DNA of 17,048 nucleotides, taken from Sulfurimonadaceae bacterium. Lineage in GTDB: Bacteria > Campylobacterota > Campylobacteria > Campylobacterales > Sulfurimonadaceae. The notes under the pieces are model-generated. The model was not told where the DNA came from, did no database searches, and saw only the letters and a program-made list of their open reading frames with translations. The translations under genes and the position numbers were made by a program. Positions 1 to 7,540 of the stretch are shown piece by piece. Within the stretch, counting starts at the first letter, position 1; every line of letters starts with the position of its first letter. Where the stretch lies: NCBI GenBank assembly GCA_041562555.1, contig JBFEXS010000038.1:1-17048 (forward strand). The letters are read 5' to 3'.

Positions 1-204
1 ATCATCTAGCAGTTTTGCGTCACTAACACCGCTGCATTCGATACTCAGGTTCACCCAATCAAAGGCGCGGTTCTTGTCCTGTACCGTAAGCGTTATTTTA
101 AAGGCGGTAGGAGAGAGAATATCCAATGAGACAAGTTCTCCTCCTACAAGACTGTCAAAACGTTCCATAAAGGCTAGTAGGTCGTTTTTAGAGAGTGGTT
201 TCAT
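1..204 (-). CDS. Hypothetical protein, 5' part only (runs off the window edge): MKPLSKNDLLAFMERFDSLVGGELVSLDILSPTAFKITLTVQDKNRAFDWVNLSIECSGVSDAKLLDD...
   Basis: Manual translation: ATG at 204-202, open for 68 codons to position 1. AAGGA SD upstream; candidate -10 hexamers TAGAAT (259-254) and TATAAT (294-289). Absent from the ORF track, presumably because it is truncated. Confidence 0.8.
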   Translation of the reverse strand, partial: MKPLSKNDLLAFMERFDSLVGGELVSLDILSPTAFKITLTVQDKNRAFDWVNLSIECSGVSDAKLLDD

Positions 205-323
205 AAGTAGCTTGAGTTCCTTCTTTAAGTATATGTTTCGTAACGGTACAGAAATTCTATTAAAGATAGAATTTTACACGCATTTAATATTATACGTGCA
301 ATAATTTCCTTCTATTCAAATAC

Positions 324-365
324 AATTCATATTCTGGTTGTTGGCGCAATTTCAGAATATGAATT
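324..365. terminator. Strong hairpin, possible terminator or RNA-stabilising stem
   Basis: Perfect 13-bp inverted repeat AATTCATATTCTG (324-336) / CAGAATATGAATT (353-365), with further pairing possible inside the loop. No long U tract on either side. Confidence 0.5.
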
Positions 366-450
366 TACTATGACACATAACTTCTAATAGATTGATTACA
401 AAATCGACATCAATTATTAAATGTAGAGATTTGTATATTATTGTCATCAT
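352..450 (-). CDS. Candidate 32-aa small protein MMTIIYKSLHLIIDVDFVINLLEVMCHSKFIF
   Basis: Perfect SD AAGGAGG (463-457) 6 nt before ATG ATG; TGA at 354-352; candidate -10 TAAAAT at 527-522. No recognised homology. Confidence 0.45.
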   Translation of the reverse strand: MMTIIYKSLHLIIDVDFVINLLEVMCHSKFIF

Positions 451-581
451 TGGTTCCCTCCTTTGTGTGAACTATAAAGAAGGTTCCCTAGCTACTTATA
501 AAAACATCTCTTCGTCTAAGTATTTTACTCTGACAAGGCTTGTGCAATCTTAACGTTGATAAATATATTCTTATTCATTAA

Positions 582-601
582 GATTTAGCAGAAACTAAAT
601 C
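582..601 (-). terminator. Weak hairpin immediately after the nrdA stop
   Basis: GATTTAG (582-588) / CTAAATC (595-601), 7-bp stem with 6-nt loop; poor U tract. Confidence 0.35.
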
Positions 602-2968
602 CTATTGACAACCCACACATTCCATGGAGCGGTCTTCTACGTCATTGCTGGCTTCCGGAGACTGGCTTCTGAGATAGTAAGTCGACTTGAGGCCAAGTTT
701 CCATGCAAGCATATAGATCTCGTTGAGGTATTTACCTGAAGCTTTGTCCAGGGTGATGAAGATATTGAGACTCTGTCCCTGATCGATCCATTTTTGACGT
801 ACTGCAGCGGCCTTAATCAAAATCGTCTGGTTCAAATCATACGCCGGCGTATAGTAGGCCCATGTATCCGGTGAGAGTTTTGGTACGACAACAGGAATTA
901 GACCTGAAAGGTTCTCTTCAAACCATTTACGTTTATATACAGGCTCAATCGCTTGAGTTGTTCCTGTAAGGATCGAGATAGAAGAGGTCGGTGCAATTGC
1001 CATGAGGTAACCATTACGCATACCGTCTTTTTTAACCTTGGTTCGAAGTTCATCCCAGTCATAATTGGAAGCAAAAAGTCCGCCGCGATCGACAAGATTG
1101 ATGACTTCTGCATTCGCGTGATCCATCGGCATGATACCTTTACTCCATTTGGAACCTTCGAACTCCGGATAAGAACCTTTCTCAAGCGCAATTTCTGATG
1201 AGGCATAAATAGCGTTATAGGATACGGCTTCCATCACCTCATCGATTTTGTCAAAGTGTTCTTGAGATCCCCAGGAGATGCCGCTCATAGCCAACATCTC
1301 AGCCTCACCCATAACACCCAGCCCTACGGAACGGCTTTTAAGGTTGGTACGTTTTACTTTTTCTACCGGGTAGAAGTTTAGGTCGATCACATTATCAAGA
1401 GCACGCATCGCAATTGGGACAATACGTTCGATATCTTCCTTGGTATTGATACGGGAGAGGTTGACTGAGGCAAGATTACATACTGCTGTATCTCCGTTGA
1501 CTCTCTCTTTTTCAACGATGAAGATCTGTTTGCCATCGATCGCGTCAAGGGCAGTAACTTTGTTCGCCGGTTTTTCAACACCGCTGTCAACACGTACGAT
1601 CTCATCTTCGTCATAGGTGACATAGGTCTCATCTTCAAATTTGAGTTTGACCTTATATGTGTTCGGGTTAGTGTTTTGAAAGATCTCAGTACAGAGGTTA
1701 GACGATCTGATAACACCGTAGTGATCATTAGGGTTAGCACGGTTAGCATTGTCTTTGAAACATAAGAACGGAGAACCTGATTCAAAATAGGATGTCAGGA
1801 TCTTCTTCCACAGGTCTTTCGCTTTGATACGCTCTTTGATGATATCGTCATCCGCTTCTAACTCCAGATAACGTTTTTCAAACTCTTCTCCGTATAGAAC
1901 GGTGAGTTCCTTAGTCTGATACGGGTCAAAGAGTGTCCAGATGGCATCTTCTTGAACGCGCTTCATAAAGAGGTCATTGATCCATAGTGACGGGAAGAGA
2001 TCATGGGCACGTCTACGCTCTTCTCCTGAGTTCTTTTTAAGATCCAGGAAGTCATTGATATCCATATGCCACGGTTCAAGGTAAACGGCAATGGCTCCTT
2101 TACGTGTTCCCAGTTGGTCAACGGCGATTGCTACATCATTCGTGATCTTTAAAAATGGAACCGTTCCGCCGGCTGCATTTTTATGTCCGTCAATATATGA
2201 ACCGATTGAGCGTACCTGTGACCAATCCCAACCGATACCGCCACCAAATTTCGAGAGCATTGCCATCTCCTGATAAGCATCGAAAATACCTTCGATATTA
2301 TCCGGAGTCGATCCGATATAACATGATGAGAGTTGGTGACGAGGTGTACGTGCATTGGAAAGTGTCGGCGTTGCCAACATCACTTCAAAAGTAGAGATCA
2401 TGTCATAGAATTTTTTTGCCCACTCTTGTTTGTTTTCCTCACGTTGTGCCAGAAACATCGCGATACCCATGAACATATGTTGTGGGAGCTCGATAGGATT
2501 GCTTTCTCTGTCTTTGATTAGGTATCTGTCATAAAGTGTTTTAATTCCAAGGTAGTTAAATTGGAGATCGCGTTCAGGCTTGATGTATTTGTCTAGATCA
2601 TCCAAGTCGTACATGTCACGCAAGCCAAGAAGAAGACGCCCTTCCTTTTCCCCACGCTCAAAATATTTTTCCAGTTTGCAATATCCTGTAAAATGGTTTA
2701 CAGAATGATACAGGTTATATAGAAATAGACGTGAGGCGACAAAGGTCCAGTTTGGTGCATCGATGTCAATCTTATCGACAGCTGTCTTTATCAGCGCTTG
2801 TTGGATCTCTTTTGAGGTGATTCCATCACGGAACATGATCTGTGCATCGACCTCCAGTTCACTCTGACTTACACCGCTTAGACCTTGTACAGATGCTGAT
2901 GTGTACTTTTGGATTTTTGTTATGTCTAATGGTTCGCTTCGTCCATTTCTTTTAATGACAGTTATCAT
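602..2968 (-). CDS. nrdA: Class I ribonucleoside-diphosphate reductase alpha subunit (788 aa)
   Basis: N-terminal ATP cone (VIKRNG), ATPTLSN, SSCY, NLCTE catalytic loop, VCNL, APTSSIS, YYLR tyrosine dyad, C-terminal CxxC (CVGC). Confidence 0.98.
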   Translation of the reverse strand: MITVIKRNGRSEPLDITKIQKYTSASVQGLSGVSQSELEVDAQIMFRDGITSKEIQQALIKTAVDKIDIDAPNWTFVASRLFLYNLYHSVNHFTGYCKLEKYFERGEKEGRLLLGLRDMYDLDDLDKYIKPERDLQFNYLGIKTLYDRYLIKDRESNPIELPQHMFMGIAMFLAQREENKQEWAKKFYDMISTFEVMLATPTLSNARTPRHQLSSCYIGSTPDNIEGIFDAYQEMAMLSKFGGGIGWDWSQVRSIGSYIDGHKNAAGGTVPFLKITNDVAIAVDQLGTRKGAIAVYLEPWHMDINDFLDLKKNSGEERRRAHDLFPSLWINDLFMKRVQEDAIWTLFDPYQTKELTVLYGEEFEKRYLELEADDDIIKERIKAKDLWKKILTSYFESGSPFLCFKDNANRANPNDHYGVIRSSNLCTEIFQNTNPNTYKVKLKFEDETYVTYDEDEIVRVDSGVEKPANKVTALDAIDGKQIFIVEKERVNGDTAVCNLASVNLSRINTKEDIERIVPIAMRALDNVIDLNFYPVEKVKRTNLKSRSVGLGVMGEAEMLAMSGISWGSQEHFDKIDEVMEAVSYNAIYASSEIALEKGSYPEFEGSKWSKGIMPMDHANAEVINLVDRGGLFASNYDWDELRTKVKKDGMRNGYLMAIAPTSSISILTGTTQAIEPVYKRKWFEENLSGLIPVVVPKLSPDTWAYYTPAYDLNQTILIKAAAVRQKWIDQGQSLNIFITLDKASGKYLNEIYMLAWKLGLKSTYYLRSQSPEASNDVEDRSMECVGCQ

Positions 2969-3094
2969 AAAAATAACCCCTTGTAATTATACTTTTTGAC
3001 TCATATTTAGTTAAGAGAATATACCATTATAATTTTGAAATGAAGCTGTAATCTGTGAAAATGTTTGGATGTTTTTTAAGCACGTGTTCGAAGA

Positions 3095-3122
3095 AAAACA
3101 TCCATCAAAAAGTGGATGTTTT
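3095..3122 (-). terminator. Probable intrinsic terminator of purB
   Basis: 10-bp stem AAAACATCCA / TGGATGTTTT with 8-nt loop; on the - strand it ends in TTTTTCTT, about 40 nt after the purB stop. Confidence 0.6.
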
Positions 3123-3161
3123 AGGTTGAATATCAAGAGTTATAGTAGTGATAAAATATAC

Positions 3162-4490
3162 TTATCCAAAGACGCGTTTATAGATGGCATCTACGTTTTT
3201 CGTATAGTAGTCATAGTTGAAACATTCACGGATCTGCTCTTCGCTTAGTTTGCTGCGCAGCTCTTCATCTGCAAGAAGATGACCAAGGTAAAGTGATTCA
3301 CCGTTCTCGTTCAGTGTCGGTTTGCCCTGCTGAATCTCTTCCCATACTTTCATCGCATTTCGCTGTACTATTCTATAAGCATCTTCACGACTTACACCTT
3401 GCAGTGGAAGTTCAAGGAGTACACGTTGAGAGAAGACAAGTCCACCGGTAAGGTTTAGATTTTTCATCATGTTTTCAGGCATAACAGTCAGATTGGCGAT
3501 GACACTGTTCATACGGTGAAGCATGAAGTCAGTTGTGATAAACGCATCCGGTAACCAGAAACGCTCACTTGATGAGTGAGAGATATCTCTTTCATGCCAC
3601 AGCGCAACATTTTCTAATGCCGGTGTTACATAGGCACGGATGGTTCTTGCAAGACCTGTGATGTTCTCTGTTAAGATAGGGTTACGTTTATGTGGCATTG
3701 CCGAAGAACCTTTTTGCCCCTTTGCAAAATACTCCTCTGCTTCATATACTTCCGTACGTTGTAAGTGACGTACCTGTACGGCAAACTTCTCAACTGAAGA
3801 AGCCAGCATTCCCAAGGCAGTTGCCAAACGTGCATAACGGTCGCGGTGTACAACCTGGTTTGAACACGGTTCCGGTTTCAGACCAAGTTCCGCCATCGCA
3901 TACTCTTCGAGTTCAAGTGGTGCATGCGCAAAATTTCCCATAGCTCCAGAAATCTGCCCGACAGATATTACTTCCATCGTCTCTTCAAGGTTTTTAAGAT
4001 GACGTGCTACTTCATCATACCAAACAGCTAAGGTAAGCCCAAAGGTAATAGGCTCACCATGAATACCGTGACTTCGTCCTACCATAAGAGTCATCTTATG
4101 CTCCATCGCACGTTTCTTGATTGATTCCATCAACATCTTGACATCATCGATGATGATTTTCAATGAATCTCTCATCTGAAGAGCAACACCGGTATCTACC
4201 GCATCGGAACTTGTCATACCATAATGAAACCAACGTGACTCTTCTCCAAGGCTCTCTGCAACACTTGTATTGAAAGCAATAAGGTCATGCTTTGTAACGG
4301 CTTCGATTTCCTCTATTCGTTCTACAGAAAATTTTGCATTCTTTACAATCTTATCTGCATCCTCCTGAGGGATTTTCCCAAGTTTTGCCCATGCTTTTAC
4401 CGCTGCTTTTTCAACTTCTAACCATGCTGCATACCGTGCATATTGTGTCCATTTTTCAGACATCTCTTTTCTGGCGTATCGTTCTACCAT
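3162..4490 (-). CDS. purB: Adenylosuccinate lyase (442 aa)
   Basis: MVERY start, TKHD, HYGMTSSD, GRSHGIHGEP, fumarate-lyase signature GSSAMPHKRNP, HERDISHSS. Confidence 0.98.
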   Translation of the reverse strand: MVERYARKEMSEKWTQYARYAAWLEVEKAAVKAWAKLGKIPQEDADKIVKNAKFSVERIEEIEAVTKHDLIAFNTSVAESLGEESRWFHYGMTSSDAVDTGVALQMRDSLKIIIDDVKMLMESIKKRAMEHKMTLMVGRSHGIHGEPITFGLTLAVWYDEVARHLKNLEETMEVISVGQISGAMGNFAHAPLELEEYAMAELGLKPEPCSNQVVHRDRYARLATALGMLASSVEKFAVQVRHLQRTEVYEAEEYFAKGQKGSSAMPHKRNPILTENITGLARTIRAYVTPALENVALWHERDISHSSSERFWLPDAFITTDFMLHRMNSVIANLTVMPENMMKNLNLTGGLVFSQRVLLELPLQGVSREDAYRIVQRNAMKVWEEIQQGKPTLNENGESLYLGHLLADEELRSKLSEEQIRECFNYDYYTKNVDAIYKRVFG

Positions 4491-4602
4491 TCTGTTTACC
4501 TTGTAGGAAGTATTTTAATATTGGAAGGATAACAACTTACTGCTTATTCTTTGGTTAGAGGTCTTGGCTTGATGTGTCAGTCAGTGTTCTTTTTCTTCTC
4601 TA

Positions 4603-4618
4603 TGTTTCACGTGAAACA
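4603..4618. promoter_or_regulatory. parS centromere-like site (ParB binding)
   Basis: Exact 16-bp palindrome TGTTTCACGTGAAACA, the canonical chromosomal parS consensus, in the purB/rluA divergent gap. Confidence 0.92.
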
Positions 4619-4701
4619 TTATGGCAATAGCCAACCAGAACAATATCCTTATCTAAGTACTCCTAGGTTACAATCTCACATCATAAAAATCAGGAACGGT
4701 T

Positions 4702-5616
4702 ATGCCATTTGTAGTTAAAGAGTTTGAAGTAAAAGAGAGGGTAAAAGCGGTACTGTTTTTAATGCATGAACTCGACTACACGCAAAAAGAGGCTCAGCGG
4801 CTTGTATCAAAAGGACGTGTGAGTGTCAATGGTGAAGTCATGTCCCGTACCTCTGGTTTTTTGGAAGGAAAAGTGTCGTTTATCTGTTTCGAACCAGAGA
4901 CCAGGGGTTTGTCTCCTATCTTCCAAACACCTGATTTTGCAATCTATGATAAACCATCAGGTGTATTGGTCCATCCTCAGAACCGTCATACTCCTTATTC
5001 GATTATTGATGAAGCGAAACATGCTTTTGGGCGCGATGCAAATATAACTCATCGTATCGATCAGGAGACATCAGGTTTGTTATTGATTGCCAAACACAAA
5101 GAGTCTGAGCGCAGTTTGAAAATGATGTTTGAGAACCGAGAGATGAGCAAGAGTTATCTTGCGTTAGTTCACGGTGAGTTTCCGGAACAATTGGAGGTCA
5201 ATGCACCTTTGTTACGCAAAGAAGATACGAGTGCGATTGTTAGGATGGTTGTTAGAGTACATGGGGACGGTAAGCCCTCTAAAACCAGTTTCAAACGACT
5301 TCGTTATTACAAAGAACATGATATGAGTTTGGTGGAGTGTGTACCTCTAACAGGTAGACAACACCAGATAAGGGTTCATTTGTTTCACGTGAAACATCCG
5401 ATTGTTGGTGATCCGATTTATGGACAAAGTGAAAAAGACGTGGTACGTTTTCTGGATAGGGAGATATCTTTGGAAGAGCGTATAGAAAAGAGCGGTGCCT
5501 CACGTTTGTTATTGCATGCCAATCGACTGTGTTTTACATATGGGAATGAATATTGTATAAACTCACGATCCGATTTCGAGAAAGAGGCACTTGACTTACT
5601 GACAGAAAAAGTTTAA
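4702..5616 (+). CDS. RluA/RluC/RluD-family RNA pseudouridine synthase with S4-like N-terminus (304 aa)
   Basis: KPSGVLVHP motif, catalytic HRIDQETSG, TGRQHQIRVH, HPIVGDPIY, LLLHA. Confidence 0.93.
   Translation: MPFVVKEFEVKERVKAVLFLMHELDYTQKEAQRLVSKGRVSVNGEVMSRTSGFLEGKVSFICFEPETRGLSPIFQTPDFAIYDKPSGVLVHPQNRHTPYSIIDEAKHAFGRDANITHRIDQETSGLLLIAKHKESERSLKMMFENREMSKSYLALVHGEFPEQLEVNAPLLRKEDTSAIVRMVVRVHGDGKPSKTSFKRLRYYKEHDMSLVECVPLTGRQHQIRVHLFHVKHPIVGDPIYGQSEKDVVRFLDREISLEERIEKSGASRLLLHANRLCFTYGNEYCINSRSDFEKEALDLLTEKV
5381..5396. promoter_or_regulatory. Second parS site, inside the pseudouridine synthase CDS
   Basis: Exact TGTTTCACGTGAAACA, encoded by codons L-F-H-V-K-H. Confidence 0.9.
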
Positions 5617-5646
5617 ATTACTCATCCGTATCCTTATGTAATGTCA

Positions 5647-5670
5647 AGCAATATTGAATCACATATTGCT
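5647..5670. terminator. Hairpin between convergent genes, possible bidirectional terminator
   Basis: AGCAATAT (5647-5654) / ATATTGCT (5663-5670) inverted repeat in the 89-bp convergent gap. Confidence 0.45.
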
Positions 5671-5705
5671 CGAGACTTTATGTAACACCAGGTATGGAAA
5701 GAAGG

Positions 5706-7442
5706 TTAATTATTACTTGATTGTGAAATATAACGACGTCTTTTTTCCTCTTTTAATTTGTCCAGATCGACCATAAGGTATCCATCGATCGCATTATTGA
5801 AGTCAGGGTCTATACCAAAGTCGTAGAACTGTACACCATCCTCTGTACATAGATCTCCATATTGTTTGTAAAGTGTCGGTACAGATACTTCAAATCCTTT
5901 TAGATAAGCTTTCAGTGTACGGAAAGCTTCAGCATAATCCTGTCCTTTGAAGAGTATCTCAAACTCCGCTTTTGTATTGCGAGAGAGGATATAAGGATGT
6001 TTTGCCTTAAAGTGTTTTTGATCACTATTGAAATAGGTCGAATAGAAATAGACTAAAATATCCTTTGCAACTTTCGGATAGGTATTGGAGATACTCACCG
6101 GTCCATACATGTATTTGATATTTGGATTGTGGGAAAGATATGCACCGATACCCTGCCACAGATAATCAAGTGCACGTGAACCCCAATATTTTGGTTGGAC
6201 AAAACTACGTCCAAGTTCTATGGCATTCTCCAGCTTGTCATCGATATTTTTATCTATGGAACACAGTTCGTTCATATACAGACCTTCTTGGCCCAGCCAG
6301 GAAAGTATCCATGCACATTCACCAATACGATAGGCACCGGAGATCTCCAGTTCATCCTCATCCCATAAAACGAGGTGTAGATAGTATTCATCATACTTGT
6401 CAAGGTCACGTCGTGTACCTGTGCCCTCTCCTACCTTTCTGAAAGTATATTCACGCAGACGGCCTATCTCTTTCAGCACAGTGGATGAAATCTCAGGATC
6501 GACAAGATAGATCTGTTTACCGTCGGTAGTCGACCCAAGAAATTCGCCTTGTTTGAGTTCGGTACGAAGTGTCTGACGGTCTACAGGTCTTGAGATAGAC
6601 TGTTCTGTTGATAAAAGGGCTGCTCTTCCCTTTGCAATACGGTAGAGGTGTTTTCTAAAGAGGCGTGCATACTGTTTTGGTTTCAGGCTCTGATTGGAAA
6701 AAGCAGTAGGAGGAATAATATTACCAATAGAGAACTCCAAAGGTTTGGCTGATCGTGATGCAAATAGCTCATGTCCCAATAAAAGTGCCGAGAGAGGTTT
6801 ATACACCATCGAGAGTGCATAAAACAAGGAAGAGTTCCGTGCATTGATATGTATAGGCAATATCGGTGTTGATGTACGCTGAGCAATTTTCACAAAACCA
6901 CTTTTCCAATGTTTGTCTTTAATACCGTTGACAGATGCACGGGATACTTCACCTGCGGGGAAAAAAATAAGCAGCTCTTCATTTTCCAAAGCCCTATCAA
7001 TCGCATGCAAAGACTCTTTAGTCAAACGGCCGTGAATATTATCAACAGGTATTAACAACTCCGAGAGCTGAGGGATATGTGAAAGCATTTTGTTGGCCAC
7101 GATCTTGATCCCTTTGTCCTGTCGAACATTCGCCAGCATTTTGACAAGTGTAAGAGCATCTGCAGCACCAAGAGGGTGATTGGAAACGACGATTGTCTTT
7201 CCAAGAACGGGAATGTTCTCCAACTGTTTGTCATTTACCTTATAGGAGATGTTTAAGTACTCCAAGACTTCTTCAATAAAATCAAGACCATGCAAACGCG
7301 AATGTCTTTCAAGAAAGGTATTGATCTCTTTTTCGTGAAAGAGTTTCTTTAATATACTGATGCTTGGTCGTAAAGCAATATTTGGAATCTTGTTATAGAT
7401 AGCTGGATATGCTGTGCGTATCATTCCTTCAACATGAACCAT
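5706..7442 (-). CDS. Bifunctional PlsC-type acyltransferase + GNAT N-acyltransferase, OlsF-like amino-lipid (ornithine lipid) synthase (578 aa)
   Basis: N-terminal NHPLGAAD (HX4D) and FFPAGEVS acyltransferase blocks; C-terminal EIGRLREYTFR, DLDKYD, GAYR, IELGRSFV, LWQGIGAY motifs of OlsB-like GNATs; AAGGA SD. Confidence 0.8.
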   Translation of the reverse strand: MVHVEGMIRTAYPAIYNKIPNIALRPSISILKKLFHEKEINTFLERHSRLHGLDFIEEVLEYLNISYKVNDKQLENIPVLGKTIVVSNHPLGAADALTLVKMLANVRQDKGIKIVANKMLSHIPQLSELLIPVDNIHGRLTKESLHAIDRALENEELLIFFPAGEVSRASVNGIKDKHWKSGFVKIAQRTSTPILPIHINARNSSLFYALSMVYKPLSALLLGHELFASRSAKPLEFSIGNIIPPTAFSNQSLKPKQYARLFRKHLYRIAKGRAALLSTEQSISRPVDRQTLRTELKQGEFLGSTTDGKQIYLVDPEISSTVLKEIGRLREYTFRKVGEGTGTRRDLDKYDEYYLHLVLWDEDELEISGAYRIGECAWILSWLGQEGLYMNELCSIDKNIDDKLENAIELGRSFVQPKYWGSRALDYLWQGIGAYLSHNPNIKYMYGPVSISNTYPKVAKDILVYFYSTYFNSDQKHFKAKHPYILSRNTKAEFEILFKGQDYAEAFRTLKAYLKGFEVSVPTLYKQYGDLCTEDGVQFYDFGIDPDFNNAIDGYLMVDLDKLKEEKRRRYISQSSNN

Positions 7443-7484
7443 CTTTTATCCTTTATATTCAAGTGATTGATTTCTAGTTATAGA

Positions 7485-7540
7485 AGTGTAAATGTGATTC
7501 ATTACCACGGGACTACAATTTCGACACGAGAGTATTACAA
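7485..7540 (-). promoter_or_regulatory. Candidate OmpR/PhoB-type activated promoter of the olsF-like gene
   Basis: On the - strand, heptamers TTGTAAT, TCGTGTC, TTGTAGT, TGGTAAT recur with exact 11-bp period (7540-7501), followed 10 nt later by a -10-like TACACT (7490-7485). Confidence 0.45.

Larger units (their letters stand above)
324..515 (-). ncRNA. Candidate ~190-nt regulatory (possibly dual-function) RNA whose 5' region is antisense to the RBS of the 1..204 gene
   Basis: Candidate -10 at 527-522, 3' hairpin at 324-365, and 41-nt complementarity of 511-471 to the - strand mRNA at 230-190. Ends are inferred. Confidence 0.4.

Noticed and set aside
74..304. 76-aa + strand ORF in the track
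   Set aside because: TTG start, no SD, and it is the antisense shadow of the better supported 1..204 (-) gene and its promoter.
190..511. MITE or IS remnant bounded by the 41-bp inverted repeat
   Set aside because: Left arm is the functional start of a protein-coding gene, no target-site duplication or transposase trace is visible. Not strictly excluded without a genome-wide copy search.
1490..1670. Apparent insert in NrdA between NLCTE and VCNL, considered as intein or intron
   Set aside because: Only about 60 aa, no intein splice-junction motifs, frame uninterrupted; 788 aa is the normal length I recall for this NrdA group.
3076..3091. Possible third parS around CACGTG
   Set aside because: Only the central hexamer matches; the arms do not.
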